Origin: Phoronis australis
Taxonomy: Eukaryota > Animalia > Phoronida
Direction of reading: 5' to 3'
Length of the DNA stretch: 53,652 bases
NCBI GenBank assembly: GCA_002633005.1
Contig: NMRA01001112.1
Coordinates: forward strand, 1-53,652
Shown: positions 25,460 through 35,200 of the stretch, in pieces
How positions within the stretch are numbered: the first letter of the stretch is position 1
Layout of the letters: the number at the start of each line of letters is the position of its first letter
Notes under the pieces: model-generated
What the model saw: the letters and a program-made list of their open reading frames with translations, nothing else
Database searches by the model: none
What the model was told of the DNA's origin: nothing
Translations under genes and position numbers: made by a program

Positions 25460-27330
25460 CCTGTGTGTTTCTGCAGGAACTTTAGTCCTATGCTTCTGTT
25501 GCCTAGACTACCGAGGAATCTGTATATTGAATTCAATGGTTTGCTCGTCTTAGAACCATTCTACCCAGACTTCTTCGATTTTTGTTCGTCAACTGCTGTG
25601 TCAGTGAGCTTCTAAGCCTCTACCATGTCAGCATCTTGTTTGGCACTAAGCCTTCTGAGGTTGCCAAGTCCATTCAAAAGAGTTACATGCGCAACTAAAT
25701 TGGATCCGTTCATCATGGACTACTTCAAACCTTGACGATGTATCCCAGGACTTATTTGCATCTCTTGCAAATTTTGGAATAAACCTCCCAATGTCTGAAC
25801 GCTTGACACCCGAAGTTGTAACACCAAATAAACGCCGACGGGCACGAGCGTTTCATCGGGTGGGCATTTCTATGGAAATTACCAATATAGAAGACGGCAG
25901 TGGTGCTTACTGCAGGTAGAAAGACGATAGGTGCCTAGATCGGAAGAGTTCTTTAGAAGGCCTATTGAACATCGCGCGAGTCCCGCAAGACTTTGCCTAC
26001 CAGCAATTTCTGGTACTGTAAGTATTTGCAAATGCGGTCACCTTGCCTATGTGACTGCACCCCGGGGTCATTCCGTGTGTAGACATAACTTGTTAGGGTG
26101 CATCTTGAAACGTACTCGCGACCAGACCACGGCACCCGCCACAACAGCAATCCTTCGGAAACGAGTTGATCGATTTTTAAAAAAACATTACATGTACATT
26201 GTATGAGATTGCACAAGATAACCTTATTATGACACAAGCCAAATTCGAGTTACAAACTTGTGGCGTGTAATAGCATGACACGGCATGACAGATGAGGTAA
26301 ACACGTTGCACGTCAATTGGCCTGAATATCAGGGTTGCGGCACCACAGTATTTTCCCTAATGAAACCGAAACATATCTTAGAGTAAAGAAGCTAGTTACC
26401 TGAAGAAGTCAGCTACAGAGCTGCTCTTTCAGCGGTGGATCCATCTAAAATTCTTGGCTACTTCAGAAGAGTCGACGGAAGCGGGCGCACAGTTGAACTC
26501 CGAGCGTTTTGTCGACGAGCCTCAAAATCTCGAAATGCGTTGCTTTTCATAACAGCAAATCACAATGCAAAAAATATATTTTCATTGTGACCTCCCCTCT
26601 CAATTTTTCGAGGTGGTTTACTTGGGGCTTACGCACGCTGGCGGTGCTGTTTTCGTTTTGCTGGTGACGTTTTGTTTTTTTCATTTTTTTGGTTCTGGCC
26701 CAAGGGGTAGGGTTGAAACCTCCTGAAGCCCCCCCGTAGATCCGCCACTGGATGCACGGTGAATTTAGGAGGACCAAGACTACAAAACAGAAGAGTCAAC
26801 CAAAACGTAATTCAAGCCAGACGGGTGCCACAAGTCAATCTGTTCATCTTTGTATCGATAATATCAGTAAAACATCAAGTAAAATCCAACCCATTTGATC
26901 AGCACATCAGTTTACACAACTTCTGGCAATTTTTAAATCCCTGACATTCGTTAGTGGAAATCTTTGAGTCATCTCCTAAATGGTGCTGTCGCACTCCTCT
27001 CTCTCCCCATGGGCAAGCTCATCATCATTCTTTGACTTCACTGGCTGTTTGTTTTTTTTCCTTTTGCTGTCACAATTTTGCAAGAAGATTCGACACTCAC
27101 TTTCACCTGCAGCAACAATTTGTTTACTCTGGCTGACACACCACATGGAACAATTCCTGATTGAGTCTTCAGTTTAGAGCCCATTGTTCCCACAGATTTC
27201 GTCTAAAAGTAGATGTCTGTATTTGAAAACCTTGGTAGGGTGTACCTTCACGTCGTGAGTAACATGTTCGTTGAAGCTCGCTTCACAATAATAACAGTGA
27301 ACTTGTTTCCGGATATTAAAACAAAATCAT
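25460..27330 (-). pseudogene. Degraded coding remnants inside the CAC element, possibly a YqaJ/lambda-exonuclease-like protein
   Basis: Minus-strand fragments HCYYCEASF..H..HP, YRYKDEQIDLW, GKVTA, LLVGKVL, SIE/KCP..YLVLQ, ISPGIHRQGL; stops and frameshifts; the family call is inference. Confidence 0.4.
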
Positions 27331-28607
27331 CTGTGGAAATATCTCTAACTAAGATAGCATTTTTAATGTACGTGTAGTGCTCATGGTGATTTACTGGATA
27401 TATGCTATCCTATTGTTTAGTTTTGATACGAATGTAACACAGAAGTGACGCAAAATGTGATTAATTAATTGCACCACTCTGATTTTGTAACGTTCTTCAC
27501 GTTTTTTAAGTAAAAACTAATTATTGTTCTACACACCACGATGCGTTCCCGTTCGCATATCAATGCGCTCTCGATCGCTTGTTTCAACAGAAAAGTATCG
27601 AAAATTCAGAGATCCTGAGAGAACTACGAAAAGCAAGCATTGCGTTACATCTTCAGGCGTCATTTCTTCATAACTTTGAGATAAATTTATTGATATAGTG
27701 CCAAAAATAACCCCAATTTGCCAAATGACATACAAATCACCTTCGGCTCATGCGATGCCTCGGTCAAAGTAACTTTTCTACAATAATTGGAAGAGACACT
27801 TTCCTAAACCTCTGCATATCCTTTCTCAATGTGTTACGCATTGAACTTGTGCCTTTGTTTCTACACTGAAAGTAGAAACAACGAAGATTCATCAAATTTA
27901 TTCACCTTGTCTGGCTTCTCTACTCTCGCCAAATTTCGTTCTCCATCGCCTTCGGGGCGTTCTCGATCGCGGGTTGGCCGGGGTGAACAGTTTACACTGA
28001 AAATTTCCGGGTACCTGTTCGACTGACTATTGATCGACAGTTGTAGTTTTCAAATCAAGCCTAATTTCATTTCTTCATATTAATTTTGTTTTTATTGTTC
28101 ATCAAGCGATACTCTTGAGGTGCAGTTCTATACAGTCAGCGATTTCTCGGTAAATTTAGTCAACAAACCCCACAATTTACACTGCCATTTTTATAAGTAT
28201 CGACCGGTGACCCTGGGTGGATGACCGCGGTAGCCATCGGTTGCATAGATGATATGCTGATTTGACTCACTGTTTCGCGCTTGCAAATCAAAATCGTGTT
28301 TGACATGATATAATGTCAATTAAAAACTACCGATACCAGCTTTTCACTAAGCAATAAATCTATTTTATCCGGCGATGGCGGCGAATGTACACCGTACTGC
28401 GGAGTGTACCCTGACGCTATTTTAAATTCATTCCGTTTCGTAATATTTCAAAAAAGTAAACTTGTATAGAGTAAGGTAAAAAATAGTCGGTGCCCTGGTC
28501 AAAGAAAACCTGAGAAAATTTTTCCATTGTGTGTTACAGTCCTTCATGTTACCACTTTTCAGAAGTTTCGTTTAATATTGTTTAGTAAATTTTAAAGTAT
28601 CGGAGTG

Positions 28608-29444
28608 TGTCACGTTTTTCCCCGTGTGTGGGTGGGCGCAGGTTGTTACAGACCGGTGCTAATAGCTTTCGGTGCGAAGATTGACTGAAGACTGGTTCGA
28701 GTTAATCCTTTATTAATCCTGACCGTACGTTCACAAGCCTACTCAAACAAAACGTCCGACGTAATGTCTGTTTATGCTTCAGCCAGTGCTGCGGAGCCTT
28801 GACTTGTATTGAACTTCTGAGATACTTTCAGCAACTGTTACACTCGATTCAATAACCTGTTGTCTCTATAGCTGGCTCTCTATTGACTATCGCTGTAACT
28901 GCTGATTCTCTTCACTGCAACTCAACTGTAGTTCTCCTGATAAACTTTCTTGAACTGGCTTGATCTCACTTGATCTCCCGACTTGATCTTCTTGGACTCA
29001 ACTCACTTAATCTAATCTTTAACTCAACTAACTTAATCTCCTTGGACACAAGTGACTTAATCTTCTTGGACTCAAGTAACTAATCTGACTAACACAAACC
29101 CGTGCTTGTGTATTTATAGCCTAATGCATTGTTCTGGAACTTTTCATCAATTCAAGCACATACCAGAACTTTCTGGAACCTACCCAATAATTCTACAAAC
29201 ATGTACTAGTCTCTAGAATATTCCAGACCTCATCAATCACTGTCATGCTAGAGTCTTCTAGAAAGTTCCACACTATACTGTAGTAAACAAATTACATCAT
29301 CACTGTTCTGACCTCAGTCTTCTAGAAAGTTCCATACTATTCTGTAGTAAACAAATTACATCATCATTGTACTTAACTCAGGGGTCATGCAAATCAAACT
29401 GAATAACAAAACAACTAATAATAATGTCAGACTATATTCTGACA
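28608..29444 (-). mobile_element. 837-bp solo LTR with 5-bp TSD
   Basis: Termini TGTCA...TGACA; gagtg at 28603-28607 and 29445-29449; minus-strand TATAAATA (29111-29118) and AATAAA (~28709-28714); paralogous empty site cggagtggtc at ~16612. Confidence 0.9.
29131..29333. promoter_or_regulatory. Cluster of heat-shock elements in the LTR U3 region
   Basis: GAActTTCtgGAA (29166-29178), TTCtaGAAagTTC (29256-29268 and 29320-29332), plus partial units at 29132 and 29216. Confidence 0.7.
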
Positions 29445-31249
29445 GAGTGTTCTTCAAGAAATTTGTTTTCGTAAACTTTCGTTTTGTTGTGGCACAAGTA
29501 GTCGCATCTGCTCAAATTTTGAAATCGCGAACTAATTAGTACTAATTATGATTGCTAACAACTCAGGAATTTTTTGCTCGCACTGAAGCAATCGGGTAGG
29601 AAACAGAAGTTTTACTCTTATTTGTCTTTCAACCAAGAAAGCGCAAAATTTCACAAGTTTAAATATGTCAAGTTACACTTTTCCTTTTAGTTCAGCCTTT
29701 TTCAATTCCTACAAATTCCAAGAGATCTTTATAGGATATTAACTCAACGACCGCTCTAAAGAACCCATCTACGAAATAAAAGGTCTCAAATTTTGTTGTA
29801 TTTAAAATACTTTTGTGAATTAAATCTATTATTTCAAGAAATATGACAAACAAAACGACAGTGGGTTACAGGACTTTTACTAGTATTCAAAATTATAATT
29901 ATTCTATATCATGTACTTAATTTTCACTATGATATTTCTTAAAATTGTATTTTTATTCCCAGGGATTACTTGTTAAGTCAGAAATCACTTAACAGACGGA
30001 CAAATTTGTACGTCCGTCACACCCACGAAATTACAATTTTTCAGTCAATAGAAACAACCTCAGGTCTCATATTCACTTTCCAAACTTGCATAAGACAACA
30101 TTTTTCTGACACGTAAGCACCTGAAACAATTAAATATTACAAAATACAGCAATAAAATCAAGTGAAGTTACTTCGGATTCAAACTAGATGCAATTTCAAA
30201 AATATTTGCTGAAAAGTTTTATTTTACAGTGTCATCTAGATAGTCTTAGTAGAATTCAACTGGTTAAAATAAGACAATTAAACATTATGAAGTGTAAATA
30301 AAAGCTTTATTTTAATGAACTTATTGTTTTTGTCACTGCCCTGGGTTGACAAAGATATCCTTAATTTTTAGAAAATTGCACAAGCAAAAAGTGTTCATAT
30401 AACCGACTTCCTAAGGCGCTCTGGAGTTTAAATAACACTCCAGGAATACATGTCGAGTTGTTGTTGCGCTGGAATCAACCAGTTATTTCCGCACTGTTAC
30501 GCTATGTTACGTTTTGTGTTGAAAAAGATGATGCTGGACATTTTTAAATGGTAGCAACCTTTGACCTACTTTATTAAGCATTGGTTTCAACCTTCACTGA
30601 CTGTAGTCGCCCTTGTGTTTTTCAGTGTCTTGAGTGGCTTCTATGAAATGATTTCGTTGTAGATGGTTACGTAGACAAATTGTACGTGGTTTTGGCCATA
30701 CAGGTGCCTTAATCTCGCAATCTTTCTAAGAAAGACCATTTTTCCTACTGAGCGTCGAGAAGATTGAATCAGCCTGATGAAACAGAAGAGGGACGTCATT
30801 AATTAATTTGAACACCTGCCGTCAGGTGTCAGGTAAAAGAACTGTACTTGCTGTTATCAAGTAGAACTACTCGGTCTAAACTGATACAAAATAGGTTGTT
30901 TTTTGGGTGGCATTCTCCTTTAAGAAACGAAATAAGGGATTATTAGAGATCAGGGGAACAGCAGATGCAACTGGGAAAGAAACAAATATCTGACGAAATG
31001 TTCTCTGAAACTCGAAAAAATGCTATTGTGGATAAAGAAATTCATATCTATATCTCCATGATACGGGATGTGATATTATTTAACGCCTCTCTTTAAAGAT
31101 GAACAATCGTAAAATGGAGTTCCAATACTCATTTATCTTTTGTTGTTGCTATTACACCGTTGTTTTTTTTGCATTTAGGTAACATACTTTGTTTTTGAAT
31201 TGAATAATATTTTTAAACCAGCCAGGTATGAGAAAGGATAATTACCTAG

Positions 31250-31590
31250 GAATTAAATAATTTATAGTTAGCTTCTGGTATTAATATCAAGAACTGAAAA
31301 ATTGCTTTCTAATGATATGCAATGGTTCTAATGCAATTCGGTTGAAAAACGGCGGAGTTGCGAACAGTTTTGACAGTATAGTCCACAGCAATACACTCAC
31401 CGGAACATTCTACGCTCACGCATGGGCGGTGCAACTTGAGCGGCCGCGAGATTGGAGTTGGCATTCCAGTGCGTAGGCGTTCCTCGCTTACCGATCCAAC
31501 CTGCGCGAGAGTATCGCCTGGAGTTCTCTGGTCTTATAACACGCTTGTTTCTTTGTAAGTTCGTGTGCTGTAACTCCAACCTTTTAATCC
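31250..31590 (+). repeat. Diverged paralogue of the region upstream of the TRIM gene (~5800-6025 joined to ~7650-7780)
   Basis: Shared gcaattcggttgaaaa, gccgcgagattg, ggcattccag, ccgatccaacctg.gcgaga, ttctctggtc, ctttgtaagt. Confidence 0.8.
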
Positions 31591-32102
31591 TATTTCTTTT
31601 AGTTTAATTACAGATCTATTACATTTCTATTATCACAAGTTTTATGTATTTAAATACAATGTTCTGTGTCTCAAGACTGACATGATTTCTATAGTTGGCA
31701 TAGCCGATTTTCACGTGTCAACGGATTCAACAAGATATTGTTAGTCCGTTGATGTTATTGTCCAAATGGCGTCATGGATTTTTGACGCGTACCTGGCACA
31801 GAGTTACATGGCTGACATGAAGTTAATTTCAACATTTGATTATGAATTTCATCAATTTGGAGTGTTAGTCTTGTTACCTGCCTTTGATCACATTTCACTG
31901 ACATCTTAAGTGATGAGGGAATGTTCATGAACTTATTATTAATTGATGTTTTGCCGAACACTGCTTTCATTTTTTCCGGGTAAGTATACGTAGCNTTAGT
32001 GAAAACCCAGGCGTGATTTCGTGTCCGCTAAACTGACACCCGAGTCCCTGGCCTCAGGCGAACAGACATACGCTACCATCTATCGGAGTGTTTGCGAACG
32101 TC

Positions 32103-32132
32103 ATGACGTCATGTTTGTAAACAAAAATGGCG
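32103..32132 (+). promoter_or_regulatory. Compact motif cluster at the WW-gene start: CRE palindrome, forkhead site, YY1-like site
   Basis: aTGACGTCAt (32103-32112), GTAAACAA, and AAAATGGCG overlapping the ATG at 32127. Confidence 0.55.
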
Positions 32133-32206
32133 ACTGGGCAGGAGTGGTGGAAGTTGCCTGTACCTCCTGGGTGGGAGGCGAAATATGACCCAAACCAGCA
32201 GCGATA
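32127..32206 (+). CDS. WW-gene exon 1: MATGQEWWKLPVPPGWEAKYDPNQQR (first half of the WW domain)
   Basis: aaaATGG start; donor ta|gtaagt; PPGWE signature. Confidence 0.92.
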
Positions 32207-35200
32207 GTAAGTGATTATTTATTTGAAGACTTTTATAAACAATTCATTCATTCAAGTTCGTATTTTTGTCCTTTTGTGGTTGACAGTGCTCTTGAAGTGA
32301 GCCTTGTAGGCTTGTTGATGTTGTTGGACGTCGTTGGTTGATTGCGAAATCTCCTCTTGACATGTATTTGACAATAGTGTTTCATGTTTTACTTAACTGC
32401 GTGTTGGTGCTTGTCTCATTTTTTTAAATATGCGCTGTCTCTGCGTTCCCCACTTTCACACTTCCCATGCTTTTCACTCACTTTCTTTTGAGAAACTCAC
32501 TCAAGGTCAAGAATCTAGACACCGCCACCGGTGACCTTAAGTCGTGAATATAAATAAGCATAATAAGCAGCTGATTGTCATACAATCCAATGTCCATTAG
32601 CAACTGCTCATGTGATGTCATGGACATATATCAGCCTTCACAAATATACGTGTTTTGACCATCTTGATCCTTGTTTGTCTCCGTAAGCAGAGTTTTGAAA
32701 CAGTCGAATTTGAATGAGGCCCTAAAGTCGTGACCGTTTCATTTAGACGGAAATGCACGAAGTAAGACCACACAAATCAACTACAGTGCTTACAGTTTCT
32801 CTGGATGACATAAAAACGCATTGCATTGTTTATTAATTCAGTTTCAATTGAAATGAATTATTATATGTTTTGAACCCAACTTTGATGTGCACAGAAGTTT
32901 TCAATGAGGTTGTTCACGTAAAACACTAAGAACCCGGCTTACTTGATCGACCCTGGGACATTTTGATACATTGTACAAGCTACCCCTGGAGCGCGTGTTT
33001 GAGTAAATCTGAATGATGAATATTTTCAAAAATAAATCCCAAAAATATAAGCAGACGAACACTGGAAACTTCAACGGCAGATGTTGCGAGACCACGCAGA
33101 AGAGGAAATAAGATCGTTCAGGACTTTAGGGCACTCACGACTTTAGGACCTCTGACGGTATCTCGAGACTCACCTCTCAAGGCCATGTTCTGCCTAATTT
33201 ATAACTGTTTTTACACTCTTTGTTTTCTTCTGATGCTTGTCCCCACTTTTGTGGGAAGGTGATGCAATATTCCGCGGTGCTGAAAGCTGATGCAAAAGAT
33301 CGCTCCACAACTTAAGCAGCATAATAATTGCAAAACGCCAATTTTTCCAACACCGGTAAATAAGTTAGTTTACTCAAGGAAGAGAGGAGTTTTTAATGAC
33401 ACTTATTTTGTGACAGATCTTATCTGGTCATTTTTTTTAGCCACATAGGTGCAAAGCTTTATATTTCATATATAAACTTTACGCCTAGGCTATCGTGCAC
33501 CAAGGCCGTGTTCAGTGCTGAAGTTAAACTTCCTTGGAGTGGTAATTAATTTTTCCTGTTATTGAGAGTAAAGCAACTGGACGGCAGCATGGGTCCATGC
33601 TTTGAGAACCAGCTCCGCCCACTGTATAATGCCCGTTATTCAGTGCTAGTAACTGGTTTTCAAATTGAGGGACCCATCTATCCGACTACTGGAAGTACTA
33701 CCTTGGACTGAATATTAACCTAGTATATTCCTCGTACCTAGGAGGGATCTCATCTCCTTAGATGGGCTGATGTAAAATCGTAGATGTCTGGTCAAGTGGG
33801 AACTTGTCTTATGATTATTTAGGCCACCAAACCATTGTGTCTGACCTTTGACCTCCAATGCCTGACATTTGACCTCCAGTGCCTGACATTTGACCTGCAG
33901 TGCCTGTTCACAATTTCAGCTTCTATATCAACCACTCGACACGCACAACAACATGGACAGACCCAAGACAAGAGTACTACAGCCAGATGGCGCAACAGCA
34001 GCAGCACATGCAGCAGGTATTGGTGTTATNNNNNNNNNNNNNNNNNNNNNNNNNNNNNNNNNNNNNNNNNNNNNNNNNNNNNNNNNNNNNNNNNNNNNNN
34101 NNNNNNNNNNNNNNNNNNNNNNNNNNNNNNNNNNNNNNNNNNNNNNNNNNNNNNNNNNNNNNNNNNNNNNNNNNNNNNNNNNNNNNNNNNNNNNNNNNNN
34201 NNNNNNNNNNNNNNNNNNNNNNNNNNNNNNNNNNNNNNNNNNNNNNNNNNNNNNNNNNNNNNNNNNNNNNNNNNNNNNNNNNNNNNNNNNNNNNNNNNNN
34301 NNNNNNNNNNNNNNNNNNNNNNNNNNNNNNNNNNNNNNNNNNNNNNNNNNNNNNNNNNNNNNNNNNNNNNNNNNNNNNNNNNNNNNNNNNNNNNNNNNNN
34401 NNNNNNNNNNNNNNNNNNNNNNNNNNNNNNNNNNNNNNNNNNNNNNNNNNNNNNNNNNNNNNNNNNNNNNNNNNNNNNNNNNNNNNNNNNNNNNNNNNNN
34501 NNNNNNNNNNNNNNNNNNNNNNNNNNNNNNNNNNNNNNNNNNNNNNNNNNNNNNNNNNNNNNNNNNNNNNNNNNNNNNNNNNNNNNNNNNNNNNNNNNNN
34601 NNNNNNNNNNNNNNNNNNNNNNNNNNNNNNNNNNNNNNNNNNNNNNNNNNNNNNNNNNNNNNNNNNNNNNNNNNNNNNNNNNNNNNNNNNNNNNNNNNNN
34701 NNNNNNNNNNNNNNNNNNNNNNNNNNNNNNNNNNNNNNNNNNNNNNNNNNNNNNNNNNNNNNNNNNNNNNNNNNNNNNNNNNNNNNNNNNNNNNNNNNNN
34801 NNNNNNNNNNNNNNNNNNNNNNNNNNNNNNNNNNNNNNNNNNNNNNNNNNNNNNNNNNNNNNNNNNNNNNNNNNNNNNNNNNNNNNNNNNNNNNNNNNNN
34901 NNNNNNNNNNNNNNNNNNNNNNNNNNNNNNNNNNNNNNNNNNNNNNNNNNNNNNNNNNNNNNNNNNNNNNNNNNNNNNNNNNNNNNNNNNNNNNNNNNNN
35001 NNNNNNNNNNNNNCTCCTGTGACCACTCTTCTGTGACCACTCTCCTGTGACCACTCTCCTGTGACCACTCTCCTGTGACCACTCTCCTGTGACCACTCTC
35101 CTGTGACCACTCTCCTTCTGTGACATGCTCAGAGCGAGTCACTTTAATTCTTCTTATCATGTCTGTCTTGACACTGGTTGTCAGATTGCTCTTTGGATAC

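Larger units (their letters stand above)
21959..27985. mobile_element. ~6-kb degraded element with 50-bp CAC...GTG terminal inverted repeats
   Basis: cactctggccaactcgcgatcgagaacgcccggaaggcgatcgcgaacga versus the reverse complement of 27936-27985: 44/50 identities counted by hand; no clean TSD. Confidence 0.7.

Noticed and set aside
21959-27985. A RAG1/RAG2 (ProtoRAG) transposon
   Set aside because: CAC ends and convergent genes fit, but there is no heptamer/nonamer pattern, no 5-bp TSD and no recognisable RAG1 core or kelch sequence
32670-33160. Tc1/mariner-like element (cctaaagtcgtg / cacgactttagg inverted match)
   Set aside because: Probably a real relic, but the left terminus and TSD could not be fixed
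35014-35113. CRISPR-like array
   Set aside because: Head-to-tail 14-mers with no spacers; eukaryotic minisatellite
33835-35160. Six ~370-410 aa ORFs
   Set aside because: Artefacts of reading through 984 Ns; only 33920-34016 is coding
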